From positions 1 to 38,461 of the IMG/VR virus record IMGVR_UViG_3300033485_000043: DNA of 38,461 bases; one strand, given 5' to 3'. The notes below the pieces were generated by a model. The model saw nothing but the letters and a program-made list of their open reading frames with translations, did not search any database and had not been told where the DNA came from. The DNA comes from a virus (Duplodnaviria; Caudoviricetes). Shown here in pieces: positions 1 through 9,214 of this stretch; the first letter of the stretch is position 1, and every line of letters starts with the position of its first letter. The position numbers and the translations under genes are program-made.

Positions 1-59
1 CTACAACGTGAAGTTTTGTTAAGATTTAGGGGTAATTTTATTTTGGGGTTATTTTTATA

Positions 60-545
60 ATGGGCAAAAGGGGACCAAAACCGGGCAATAGTGGGGCTTA
101 TCAGGGTAAATCTGTAGAAAAACGCCCGGCTCCGCCAGTCAATATGACCCTGAAGGCCCGCCGGATCTGGAAGGCGGTGGTGGCCAGCCTGCCGCCCACC
201 CATTTTCGCCCCGGGGATTATCCCCTCCTCCGGGCCTACTGCGAGGCGGAGGCGCTCAATCATGAAGCCTCTATGAAAATTGGCACCGAAGGAGCTGTGG
301 TAAGTCGCACCAAGAAAGAAACCAAGGAAGATGGCACAACAATAGAAACGGTATTATCAACTAAAGCAAATCCGTGGGTTGCTATTCAAACCCAGACCGC
401 CAACACTATGTCACAACTTGCCACGAAGTTGCGGTTATGTGCAAACGCAAGATATACCGGAAAAGAGGTTGGGGATGCTCCACCCAAGCCACCGTCGCAA
501 CGTGGCGGGTTGTTGTTTAGTGAAGAAGAGTATGATTTTCATTAA
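60..545 (+). CDS. terS: Terminase small subunit (P27-like family)
   Basis: MGKRGPKP start, 'ARRIWKAVV...LLRAYCEA...NPWVAIQ...LATKLRL' pattern typical of P27-family TerS; directly upstream of TerL. Confidence 0.9.
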   Translation: MGKRGPKPGNSGAYQGKSVEKRPAPPVNMTLKARRIWKAVVASLPPTHFRPGDYPLLRAYCEAEALNHEASMKIGTEGAVVSRTKKETKEDGTTIETVLSTKANPWVAIQTQTANTMSQLATKLRLCANARYTGKEVGDAPPKPPSQRGGLLFSEEEYDFH

Positions 546-609
546 GTGGGTGGCGGAAGTGGCGCATCTTTATTGAAGTTTTTTTAAAAAAAGCAGAACA
601 TGTCAAACG

Positions 610-2223
610 ATGAAATGGACTCTTGACATCCCCCGCGCCAACCGGGTTATTAAGTTCATCGAAACCTTACGGGTTCCTGATGGCGCCCTGGTGGGGCAAA
701 ACATCGTGTTGCGCCCCTGGCAACGGGAGATAATCACGGAGGTCTATGCGCCCACCTGGCCCGACGGCCGGCGGGTGAGGCGCCAGGCGGTGATGAGTCT
801 CGGCAAGAAAAATGCTAAAACCGCCTTAGTGGCGGCCCTCACCCTGGCCCACCTTTGCGGCCCTGAAGCGGTGCCGCATGGCCAGCTCTATTCCCTGGCC
901 TTTGACCGGGAGCAGGCTGCCATCGTTTATAAATATGCAACCGCCATGATTGGTATGGATGAAGAGTTGGCGGACCGCCTCAACGTGATTGATAGCCGGA
1001 AACGGATCGTGGATCCGGTAAGCCGTTCGGAGTTCACCGCACTTTCCGGTGAGAAGAAAGGCAAGCATGGCAAGTCGGCATCGTTTATCGCCTTTGATGA
1101 GTTGGCCGACTTTGGAACGGATGGCACTCTGTATGATGCCCTGATGACGGCGCGCGGCGCCCATGTTGATTCCCTGGCATGGGTGTTCAGTACCCAATCG
1201 CCGGATGATAAGGCCATTTTGTCAGAACTCATCGACTATGGGCTCCGGGTAGAGGCCGACGGCAGCGATCCCAGCTTTAAGCTGTTTCTCTGGACTACCC
1301 CGGAGGACCTTGATCCCTGGGATGAAACCAACTGGCACCTGGCCAACCCGGCCCTGGGGGATTTTAAAAGCCTGGAAAGCCTGCGGGATGAGGCCAAAAA
1401 AGCCCAGAACATGCCGAGCCGGGAGGCTTCTTTTCGTAATCTTCACCTGAATCAGCGCATCGATGCCGCGGCGCATTTTATTACCCCGGATTTGTGGCGC
1501 GGCTGCGGCACGGCCCCGGACCCCGAAACTTTTGCCGGTCGGGAATGGTGGGGCGGCCTCGACCTCTCCGGCAAGAATGATCTGACTTCCTTGGAATTGG
1601 TGAGCCGGGCGGCAGACGGCGTATGGGATGTGCTCTCGTTTTTTTGGACTCCCGGGGATAACCTCCGGAAAAAGGAGGACCGGGACCGGGCACCTTATAC
1701 CGTATGGCGCGACAAGGGGTTCCTCATTGCCAAGCCGGGGAAGGTGATTGATTATGCCTGGGTAGCCGCCAAGATCGGGGAATTTAGAGAAGAGTTCAAC
1801 ATCGCCGGGATCAAATTTGACCGCTGGCGGATCAACGACCTCCGCCGGGAACTGGATGCCCTGGGAATTGATACCTGGATCATGGGGGAGGATTACAAGG
1901 AGGGCGACGTGGGCATGAAGCCCGACGGCCTTTGCCTCATCCCTCATGGCCAGGGTTTCAAGGATATGAACCCGGCGGTGGAGATCCTGGAGGATCTGCT
2001 GATGGCCAAGCAACTGCGCCATGGGATGCACCCGGTCCTGACCTGGTGCGCCTCCAATGTGCGCATCCAGGCGGACCCGGCCGGCGGCCGCAAGTTCGAC
2101 AAGCTCAAAAGCACCGGGCGGATAGACGGGATCGTGGCCCTGGCCATGGCCTTGAACGGGGCCACCAGTAAGGCGGAGGATACGGTGTCGGTTTACGAAA
2201 CGCGGGGAGTGTTGGCCCTGTAA
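610..2223 (+). CDS. terL: Terminase large subunit (HK97/Terminase_1 type)
   Basis: LRPWQ, Walker A-like GKKNAKT, Walker B FIAFDE, nuclease GLDLS and C-terminal RIDGIVALAMA motifs. Confidence 0.97.
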   Translation: MKWTLDIPRANRVIKFIETLRVPDGALVGQNIVLRPWQREIITEVYAPTWPDGRRVRRQAVMSLGKKNAKTALVAALTLAHLCGPEAVPHGQLYSLAFDREQAAIVYKYATAMIGMDEELADRLNVIDSRKRIVDPVSRSEFTALSGEKKGKHGKSASFIAFDELADFGTDGTLYDALMTARGAHVDSLAWVFSTQSPDDKAILSELIDYGLRVEADGSDPSFKLFLWTTPEDLDPWDETNWHLANPALGDFKSLESLRDEAKKAQNMPSREASFRNLHLNQRIDAAAHFITPDLWRGCGTAPDPETFAGREWWGGLDLSGKNDLTSLELVSRAADGVWDVLSFFWTPGDNLRKKEDRDRAPYTVWRDKGFLIAKPGKVIDYAWVAAKIGEFREEFNIAGIKFDRWRINDLRRELDALGIDTWIMGEDYKEGDVGMKPDGLCLIPHGQGFKDMNPAVEILEDLLMAKQLRHGMHPVLTWCASNVRIQADPAGGRKFDKLKSTGRIDGIVALAMALNGATSKAEDTVSVYETRGVLAL

Positions 2224-2244
2224 TAACTTATTCAAGGAGGCCTT

Positions 2245-2424
2245 ATGATCGCAGAAATCGGTATTATGGTCGGTCTTTATATCCTTACCAGGTGTGCCTC
2301 TTTTCTGGGGCGGCCGGAGCCCGTCGCGGCTAAGATTATGGCCGGTCTATCCCTGGTGGTCACGATATTTATTCTTTTCGACCTGATTATTCGGGGAATG
2401 ACCGGGGTAGGCAGCCCGAAATAA
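2245..2424 (+). CDS. Small two-TM membrane protein (59 aa, MIAEIGIMVGLYIL...GVGSPK)
   Basis: Own translation; AAGGAGG RBS at 2234-2240; hydrophobic. Confidence 0.65.
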   Translation: MIAEIGIMVGLYILTRCASFLGRPEPVAAKIMAGLSLVVTIFILFDLIIRGMTGVGSPK

Positions 2425-2440
2425 ATAATTGAGAAAGCCC

Positions 2441-2467
2441 TTGACAAACCTTTCAATCAATGATACA
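2441..2467 (+). promoter_or_regulatory. Possible sigma70 promoter upstream of the com-like gene
   Basis: Perfect TTGACA at 2441-2446; the -10 (GATACA) is weak and short-spaced. Confidence 0.35.
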
Positions 2468-2479
2468 GGGGGGATAGAT

Positions 2480-2596
2480 TTGATAGAAATCCGATGCAAG
2501 AAGTGTCATCGATTGTTGGCAAGGGTGGAGGACAAATCGAAAAAAATTGAGCTTGTTTGTCCTAAATGCGGGTTAAGGCAAACAGCTAAAAATTAG
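2480..2596 (+). CDS. Com-family (Mu Com-like) zinc-finger regulator, 38 aa
   Basis: TTG start after a GGGGGA RBS; IEIRCKKCHRLLA...IELVCPKCG matches the IRCxxCxxLL...IExxCPxC pattern of Mu Com; not in ORF track (too short). Confidence 0.8.
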   Translation: MIEIRCKKCHRLLARVEDKSKKIELVCPKCGLRQTAKN

Positions 2597-2639
2597 CGCC
2601 CCCAGCGGGCCAATAATCAAATAGCGCCCCCAGCGGGCC
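2594..2639 (+). repeat. 18-bp direct repeat TAGCGCCCCCAGCGGGCC (2594-2611, 2622-2639)
   Basis: Two exact copies seen in sequence. Confidence 0.95.
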
Positions 2640-2679
2640 GCTCCGGAATCTAATCCGGATCGGCCCGCTTTCTTTTTTT
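2632..2679 (+). terminator. Intrinsic terminator immediately before the portal RBS
   Basis: Stem AGCGGGCCG-C-TCCGGA / TCCGGA-T-CGGCCCGCT, loop ATCTAA, followed by TTCTTTTTTT. Confidence 0.85.
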
Positions 2680-2690
2680 GGGGAAACTGC

Positions 2691-4355
2691 ATGGGATTGT
2701 GGAAGGGGATCAAAAAGATATTCGGGTCCGGTTCCTGGTCCGCCAGCGATGATCGCTGGTATGCCCCTTATGTCGGGCCGGAAACCAATGCGGGCGCCAA
2801 GGTGGACCACAATTCGGCCATGGGCATCCCGGCGGTGTGGGCCTGTACCCGGATCATCGCCGAGACCATCGCCAGTTTGCCGTTATTTCTTTATACCCGG
2901 AAGGGCCGGGGGAAGGATCGGGCCGCCAGCCACCCGCTTTACACGCTCCTGCATGACCGGCCCAATCCGGAAATGAGCGCCATGAGCTTCAGGGAAACCG
3001 AGACGTACCATATTTTGCATTGGGGCAACATGTTTGCCGAGAAAGAAATGGACCAGCTCGGTCGCGTCAAAGCCCTGTGGCCATTGCCGCCGGACCGGGT
3101 TGAAGTTCGCCGGGACATGGATACCAATGAAATTTTCTACAAGGTCCGGATAGACAATAGCGGGGAGACCAAGCCCCTGGTCCGATCCCAAATGCTTCAC
3201 ATCCCCGGCCTCAGCTACAACGGCATCGTGGGGATATCCCCGATTACCAAAATGCGGGAGGCCCTGGGCTTCGCCCTGGCGACAGAAGAGTTTGGCGCCC
3301 GTTTCTTTGGGGCCGGGACGCATCCGGGCCTGGTGGTGAGCCACCCGGGAAAGCTGGGGGAACAGGCCCACAAAAACCTCAAAGATTCCCTGGCCTCCAC
3401 TTACGCCGGCCTGGGGAAAAGCCACCGCCTCATGCTCTTGGAAGAGGCGATGAAGGTGGAAAAAATCGGCTTTTCCCCGGAAGATTCACAATTTTTGCAG
3501 ACCCGGGCCTTTGAACTGGCGGAAATCTGCCGGATCTGGCGGGTGCCCCTTCACCTGGTGCAGGAATATTCCAAGGGCACCAGCTACGCCAGCAATGAGC
3601 AGCAATCCCTCGAATTCGTGATCCATACCCTGCGCCCCTGGCTGGTCCGCCTAGAGCAGGGGTACAACAATCAGCTTTTTCTTACCGACCTGGAGCGCAA
3701 GCGGTATTTCTTCGAGCACCTGGTGGACGGCCTGCTCCGGGGGGATATCGCCGCCCGGTACGAGGCCTATACGAAAGGCCGAAACGGCGGCTGGCTCAGT
3801 GCCAATGATGTGCGGGAACTGGAAAACCTTAACCCGCTGCCGGGAGACCAGGGGGACATTTACCTGCAGGCGGTGAATTATGTGGAAGCGGGGACCGAGC
3901 CGGTGCCCCCGGAACCAGTCGGACCTCCTGAACCAATGCCCTTAGAAGAAACCCCGACGGCGGACTATTGGAAAGCTAAAACCTCAGATTTGGAATTAAT
4001 TGTGCCCTATCGCGGCATTTTTACGGATGCCATTGAACAGATCTTAAGTAGACAGGCAAATTTAATTAAAAAAGGGAAAACCGATAATGCCTGGAGTGAA
4101 TCTTCTCTAATTGATTATATGGAAAAGAAGATAACTCCCGTATTAGATTTATTCATTATTAACAATAATGGACAAATAACAGAACAATTTAAGCAAATTG
4201 AGATTAATTGTTATATCCAATATCATCAAAGTAAAGTAACAAGCATTCTGGATCAAAAAATTGATATCGAAGAACTTTCCTCTTATGCCGAAGCAATGGC
4301 GGAAGAAACGATGCTGGCGATACTTGCCAGAATAAGGAGCCAAGACCATGGCTGA
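2691..4355 (+). CDS. HK97-family portal protein with C-terminal extension
   Basis: AVWACTRIIAETIASLPL, LLHDRPNPEMSA, GISPI, SPEDSQFLQTR, NDVRELENLNP motifs. Confidence 0.97.
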   Translation: MGLWKGIKKIFGSGSWSASDDRWYAPYVGPETNAGAKVDHNSAMGIPAVWACTRIIAETIASLPLFLYTRKGRGKDRAASHPLYTLLHDRPNPEMSAMSFRETETYHILHWGNMFAEKEMDQLGRVKALWPLPPDRVEVRRDMDTNEIFYKVRIDNSGETKPLVRSQMLHIPGLSYNGIVGISPITKMREALGFALATEEFGARFFGAGTHPGLVVSHPGKLGEQAHKNLKDSLASTYAGLGKSHRLMLLEEAMKVEKIGFSPEDSQFLQTRAFELAEICRIWRVPLHLVQEYSKGTSYASNEQQSLEFVIHTLRPWLVRLEQGYNNQLFLTDLERKRYFFEHLVDGLLRGDIAARYEAYTKGRNGGWLSANDVRELENLNPLPGDQGDIYLQAVNYVEAGTEPVPPEPVGPPEPMPLEETPTADYWKAKTSDLELIVPYRGIFTDAIEQILSRQANLIKKGKTDNAWSESSLIDYMEKKITPVLDLFIINNNGQITEQFKQIEINCYIQYHQSKVTSILDQKIDIEELSSYAEAMAEETMLAILARIRSQDHG

Positions 4356-5106
4356 TATTATCCCGATGCAACGAGGTTACGAAATCAGGGCGAAAGTCTC
4401 GGAAGCTGAAATCTGGATTTATGAGGAAATCGGCAGCGGCTGGTTCGGGGATGGCTTGTCAGCCAAACAATTCGCGGATGATATCAAAACCCTGGGCAAA
4501 GTCGACAGGATCACGGTGCGTCTCAATTCCCCCGGGGGCGACGTTTTTGATGGGATCGCCATTTATAACATCCTTAAATCCCATTCCGCCCGGGTGATTG
4601 TGAATATTGACGGTGTGGCGGCCTCCATTGCTTCGGTGATTGCCATGGCCGGGGATGAAATCTACATGGCGGAAAATGCCATGATGATGATCCATGAAGC
4701 CTGGACCATGGCCATGGGTAATGCCAGGGAATTGCGGGAGATTGCCGACCGGCTGGAAAAGATCAGCGGGGTGATCCGGGACACTTACGCCAAACGGACC
4801 AGCGAAAAAGCGACGCCGGAGACGATTACCCGCCTTATGGATGGGGAAACCCTGATGACGGCTCAGGAGGCCCTGGACTATGGGTTCGTCGATGCCTTAA
4901 CCGAAGCCCTGAGGATGGCGGCTCATTTCGACCTGGATAAATTCAAGTTCAAAAAGAATCCCCTGGCGGCCCGGGTGCCGATGCAACCGGAAGCCGCGGT
5001 GCCGGATAACGGGATGCCGTTGCAGCCCGATTTTACCTGCTTTGATGAGCCCCTGACCAGGGGCGGAGCAATTATCGCCAGAATCGACAACCACAGGAGA
5101 AATTAA
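4348..5106 (+). CDS. ClpP-type prohead maturation protease
   Basis: LNSPGGDVFDGIAIYN, GVAASIASVIAMAGD, MMMIHEAW motifs. Confidence 0.95.
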   Translation: MADIIPMQRGYEIRAKVSEAEIWIYEEIGSGWFGDGLSAKQFADDIKTLGKVDRITVRLNSPGGDVFDGIAIYNILKSHSARVIVNIDGVAASIASVIAMAGDEIYMAENAMMMIHEAWTMAMGNARELREIADRLEKISGVIRDTYAKRTSEKATPETITRLMDGETLMTAQEALDYGFVDALTEALRMAAHFDLDKFKFKKNPLAARVPMQPEAAVPDNGMPLQPDFTCFDEPLTRGGAIIARIDNHRRN

Positions 5107-5108
5107 CC

Positions 5109-6425
5109 ATGAAAACCATTACCCAAATGAGAGAAGAAATCGCCGCTCTCATGCAGCGCCTGGACAATTCCCGGACGCAGTGCGTCCAGGAAAACCGGGA
5201 GCCGTCAGTGGAAGAGCGGCGGGTGGCTCTGGATATTTTGGGGCGAGTCGCCGAACTGGAGGACATCATTAATGTGGAATTGCAGTCGGAAGAGGTCAAG
5301 GCGCGCCTGGAGAAATCTCAACGTCAGCCGCTGAAGCCGAATCCGAATGAAGGCCCGGAAGCCCAGGCCAAAAAGGACAAGTTCCGGTCTTTCGGCGAGC
5401 AGATCGTGGCGGTCATGCGGGCCGGTTCCCCCAACCCGGTCATTGACCCCCGCCTGCGCACCACCATTTACGATGCCGCCACCGGGCTGCAGGAGGGGAT
5501 TCCCTCGGATGGCGGTTTTCTGATTCAGCCCGAGTTCAGCACGGAGCTGCTGAAACGGGCTTATGAGACTGGCCAGGTGGCCAGCCGCTGCCGCCGCATC
5601 CCCATTGGCGCCAACGCCAATGGCCTGAAGATCAATGGCATCGATGAAACCTCCCGGACCACCGGCTCCCGCTGGGGCGGGGTCCGGGCCTACTGGATCG
5701 GCGAGGCGGACGACAAGACCGCTTCCAAGCCGAAATTCCGGCAGATCGAACTCAGCCTGAAAAAGCTCATCGGCCTCTGCTATGCCACCGATGAACTGCT
5801 CCAGGATGCCACGGCCCTGGAATCGGTCATGAACCAGGCCTTTGCGGAAGAGTTCGGCTTTATGCTGGATGATGCCTGCATCAATGGCACCGGCGCCGGT
5901 ATGCCCCTGGGGATCATGAATTCCCCGTGCCTGGTTTCCGTCTCCAAGGAGGCGGCCCAACTGGCCGACACGGTGGAATATGCCAACATCGTCAACATGT
6001 GGGCTCGGTGCTATGCCCGGAGCCGCCCCAACGCGGTATGGTTCATTAACCAGGATGTGGAGCCGCAGTTGTTCCAAATGGGGATCATGGTCGGGACCGG
6101 CGGTTCGCCGGTTTACATGCCCCCGGGCGGGGCCTCGGCGGCCCCTTATGGCACGCTTTTCGGGCGGCCGGTGATTCCCATCGAACAGTGCCAGACCCTG
6201 GGCGACGCCGGCGATATCATCCTGGGCGATTTTTCCCAGTATATCCTGATCGACAAGGGCGGCATTCAGTCGGCCAGCTCCATTCACGTCCGGTTCGTTA
6301 ATGACGAATCGGTTTTCCGGTTCGTGTACCGGGTGGATGGCCAGCCGATCTGGAATTCGGCTCTGACCCCGTTTAAGGGCAGCAACACCCTGAGCCCGTT
6401 CGTGCGCCTCGCGGCCCGGGCGTAG
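5109..6425 (+). CDS. HK97-fold major capsid protein with N-terminal scaffold (delta) domain
   Basis: Coiled-coil N-terminus, SDGGFLIQPEF, TDELLQDA, GTLFGRPV, FRFVYRVDGQP. Confidence 0.95.
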   Translation: MKTITQMREEIAALMQRLDNSRTQCVQENREPSVEERRVALDILGRVAELEDIINVELQSEEVKARLEKSQRQPLKPNPNEGPEAQAKKDKFRSFGEQIVAVMRAGSPNPVIDPRLRTTIYDAATGLQEGIPSDGGFLIQPEFSTELLKRAYETGQVASRCRRIPIGANANGLKINGIDETSRTTGSRWGGVRAYWIGEADDKTASKPKFRQIELSLKKLIGLCYATDELLQDATALESVMNQAFAEEFGFMLDDACINGTGAGMPLGIMNSPCLVSVSKEAAQLADTVEYANIVNMWARCYARSRPNAVWFINQDVEPQLFQMGIMVGTGGSPVYMPPGGASAAPYGTLFGRPVIPIEQCQTLGDAGDIILGDFSQYILIDKGGIQSASSIHVRFVNDESVFRFVYRVDGQPIWNSALTPFKGSNTLSPFVRLAARA

Positions 6426-6436
6426 GAGGTTTTATC

Positions 6437-6955
6437 ATGAGCTTTTCTCTCATCGAAAATGCCAAAATCGTCAACGTGCTTTCCCCGATTGACAAAACCG
6501 GGGGGGCCCTGGCGGCGGTCTGGATCGCAGCTAAGAATGCCGCCAAGCTGAACTTTCTCTTTCAAACCGGAGTGATGACCTCCACCAGCAACCAGGCGGT
6601 CACCCTGTATGTGGCGGATGATGCCTCCGGCACCCACAATGCGGCCATCGGGGCCAATGCCGATTTGACGATGCCCTATGTCTACAAACGCACCGTCAAC
6701 ACGGATACCTGGGTCAAGACCACGGTGGCTTCCTCCACCTTCAACCTGACCAAATCCAGCGACGGTAAGGCCTTTCTCATCGAGGTGGATGCCCAGAAAT
6801 TGGGCAACTTCACCGTTTCCTCGGTGAGTTATCAGGCCAAATATGTCCGCCTGGCCGTTGCCACCCCGGGCGCCCATGCCTGTCTCATGGCGGCCCAGTG
6901 CATCCTGACCGGGCTGCGCTATGCGGAGGATACGCCCCCGACGGCCATCACCTAA
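6437..6955 (+). CDS. Putative capsid-associated/decoration protein
   Basis: Beta-rich Ala/Thr composition, GGAGG RBS, position directly after the capsid gene. Confidence 0.55.
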   Translation: MSFSLIENAKIVNVLSPIDKTGGALAAVWIAAKNAAKLNFLFQTGVMTSTSNQAVTLYVADDASGTHNAAIGANADLTMPYVYKRTVNTDTWVKTTVASSTFNLTKSSDGKAFLIEVDAQKLGNFTVSSVSYQAKYVRLAVATPGAHACLMAAQCILTGLRYAEDTPPTAIT

Positions 6956-6962
6956 CCTTCTC

Positions 6963-7020
6963 CCCCTGGGGATAGGGCGGCCGCCCGAAAGTCGCAACCT
7001 CCCGGCGACTTCCCCAGGGG
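6963..7020 (+). ncRNA. Candidate structured RNA (three-way junction) in intergenic leader
   Basis: P1 CCCCTGGGGA/TCCCCAGGGG encloses hairpins GGGC-GGCC-GCCC and AGTCGC...GCGACT. Confidence 0.45.
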
Positions 7021-7050
7021 AACTTCGGGAGATCCGGGAGAAAGGTTTTT

Positions 7051-7875
7051 ATGAATCAGGAAACACCCAAAGCCTCTTTTTACGACTGGATGAGCGCCCA
7101 CGATATCCTGGAGCACCTGCGCCCGCTGTGGGACGGCGGCGGCTTTCACCTGCGTTCCGACGGTAAGCTGGAGGGCAACCCCCAGTCGGCCATCGAGGGG
7201 CCCTGGCACTACATCAAACACCGCTGGGAGTTCGACTGCTTCACCTGGCACCATGTCATTTTTGAGCACATTTCCAAACGGCTGGTCATCGGCAGTAAAT
7301 TTGTGCCGGCCAGTTGCCTGGAATGCTTCAAGGTCGTGGTCCGGCCCCAGACGCTCAAGCAGCTTTTCGCCCTGGAGAAGTTGCAAATCGCCCTGGGCCG
7401 CCCCTGCAAATGCGGCATCGAGGTCCGGGATACCGTGCATGGCCTCTATGGGGGTTATTTCTATAACAAAGGCCTGCCCGAGGGCCTGGAGCGTTACCGG
7501 GAAGTTCGGGCCGCCGTGGACGCCGCCGAATACCTGGGGCCGGAAGTCCCGGTGATCCTCAAGCGGGGCTGCACCGAGTTTGAATTGGAATGCGGCCCCT
7601 CGGACCAGTGGCAGACGACCCCGGATCAGTTGAAAATCGAGGCCATGGTGGAGCAATACCTGGTCAAAGACGACATGCTGCGCCAGCAGCCGGAGCATGT
7701 GATCTGGCATCTGCACCGTAAATGGATTGAGTTCGCCTACGCCCGCGGGGATTCGACGTATGCGGAGTTTACTGATGGGAAACCCCTTTATCCGCCGGTG
7801 GTGACTTACCACCATCTGGCGGAGAGGCAACCTTCGGCCCCGGAGGCGGGGCCGCCGGCAACGGCGGAGGGATAA
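7051..7875 (+). CDS. Hypothetical Cys/His-containing protein
   Basis: 274-aa ORF with RBS and phage-like codon usage; CLEC, CKCG, KRGC motifs. Confidence 0.75.
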   Translation: MNQETPKASFYDWMSAHDILEHLRPLWDGGGFHLRSDGKLEGNPQSAIEGPWHYIKHRWEFDCFTWHHVIFEHISKRLVIGSKFVPASCLECFKVVVRPQTLKQLFALEKLQIALGRPCKCGIEVRDTVHGLYGGYFYNKGLPEGLERYREVRAAVDAAEYLGPEVPVILKRGCTEFELECGPSDQWQTTPDQLKIEAMVEQYLVKDDMLRQQPEHVIWHLHRKWIEFAYARGDSTYAEFTDGKPLYPPVVTYHHLAERQPSAPEAGPPATAEG

Positions 7876-7878
7876 ACC

Positions 7879-8640
7879 ATGAGCACGAAAGCACAGTGGA
7901 AATCAGGGAAGTTGAGTTTTTATGACGGCTATGAAACCGTCAAACCTATTTCCCCGGTGGTCTTTTATGATGATTTCCTGGGATTCCACTTCAACAAATA
8001 CATCGCCGGGGAAAACACCGTCGCCCCCTGGGGCACCGTGGAGACCGATATCAATCTGGCCCCCGCCCTGGTGGCGGCGACGGCCAACGGGGTGATTCAG
8101 CTCACCCTGGACACCGATGACATTACCCAGCAGGCCGCGGTGTATTTCGGCGATGTCCTCACCCTGAGCATGAAGCAGGGCTTGATTTTTGAGGCGAGGG
8201 TAAACCTGGAAGTCCTGCCGGCAGCGGGCGGCGGTGAGCATTCCCGGGCGGTGTGGGGCCTGGCCAGCGCCACCAATGCCACCCTGGATTCCATCGTTAC
8301 CAATGCCTGGTTTCGGGTAGAATCCGCCGCCAACACGGCCTTGCTGTGGGAAACCGATGACGGCAACACCGACGACGACGACAATGATGCGGCCACGGTC
8401 CTGGCGGCCCAGGCTTATCACATCTACCGGATTGACTGCCGGGATCTGGTCAACGGTGTGAAGTTCTACGTTGACGGCACTCTGGTGGGCACCTCCGGCG
8501 ACATGAATACCAACCTGACCGCGGGCGAGGCCCTGGTGCAGCCGTATTTCTGCATGCAGAAGACCAAGGCCGCGGCCAACACCGCGGTGGGCACGATGTA
8601 TGTGGATTATGTGCGCCTGTATCAGAATCGCAGCGCCTAA
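7879..8640 (+). CDS. Putative virion structural protein (beta-sandwich, ConA/LamG-like)
   Basis: FYDDFLG, LIFEARV, YHIYRID, VKFYVDGTLV, MYVDYVRLYQ motifs. Confidence 0.6.
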   Translation: MSTKAQWKSGKLSFYDGYETVKPISPVVFYDDFLGFHFNKYIAGENTVAPWGTVETDINLAPALVAATANGVIQLTLDTDDITQQAAVYFGDVLTLSMKQGLIFEARVNLEVLPAAGGGEHSRAVWGLASATNATLDSIVTNAWFRVESAANTALLWETDDGNTDDDDNDAATVLAAQAYHIYRIDCRDLVNGVKFYVDGTLVGTSGDMNTNLTAGEALVQPYFCMQKTKAAANTAVGTMYVDYVRLYQNRSA

Positions 8641-8670
8641 CCAATGATGGGGGCGGGAGGCCCCCATTTT

Positions 8671-8970
8671 ATGCCTGAATGCCGTCAATGCGGTCAATGC
8701 TGCACCTACATAATGTTTCCCTTGGTAGGGATCACCAAAGACAACGATCCCCTGGAAATAGCCAAATATGTCGAGGCTCATAATTTTAAGATATTTGCAG
8801 GGGAAAAGCATTTGATGGCCAGGGCTTTAATCGGTTGCAGGTTTTTGGAATATGACACACCCTCGGGCAAGGCGGTTTGTTTGCTTATAAATAGCCCGAA
8901 AAGGCCTAAATTTTGTCAGAAATATTACTGCGAATCCGCCGAGAGAGGGGAAGAAGATGCTCAAGGTTAA
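8671..8970 (+). CDS. YkgJ-like CxxCxxCC cysteine-cluster protein (start 8644-8671 uncertain)
   Basis: CRQCGQCC...CRFL...CLL...KRPKFCQKYYC pattern. Confidence 0.7.
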   Translation: MPECRQCGQCCTYIMFPLVGITKDNDPLEIAKYVEAHNFKIFAGEKHLMARALIGCRFLEYDTPSGKAVCLLINSPKRPKFCQKYYCESAERGEEDAQG

Positions 8971-9214
8971 AATGCTTGTTAGGCATACCGGCCCGGCCGG
9001 GAAAATGGAGCAGGGATTTGAGTATCTTCTTCCCGCCTCTTATGCCCAGGAGTTGATTGATCACGGCCTGGCGGTCCTGGTGCTCCCGGGGGCAATGAGC
9101 CCGCCGGTCAATGTCACCATGCAACCCACTAAAACCACAGCCTTGGCCACGGCCTTGCGGGAAATGCGGGCCAAGAACCAGGGGATTATCGACGGGCCCA
9201 AAAAGAGAAAATAA
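8957..9214 (+). CDS. Hypothetical protein (head-tail region)
   Basis: ORF coupled to neighbours, RBS. Confidence 0.65.
   Translation: MLKVKMLVRHTGPAGKMEQGFEYLLPASYAQELIDHGLAVLVLPGAMSPPVNVTMQPTKTTALATALREMRAKNQGIIDGPKKRK

Noticed and set aside
1-59. cos packaging site upstream of terS
   Set aside because: Plausible by synteny, but no identifiable cos sequence within the 59 nt available
6963-7020. Hammerhead ribozyme
   Set aside because: Three-way junction and GAAA are present but the CUGANGA core is missing
826-8811. Long - strand ORFs opposite terL, portal, capsid and neighbours
   Set aside because: Shadow ORFs from GC-rich codon bias; no RBS or recognisable motifs
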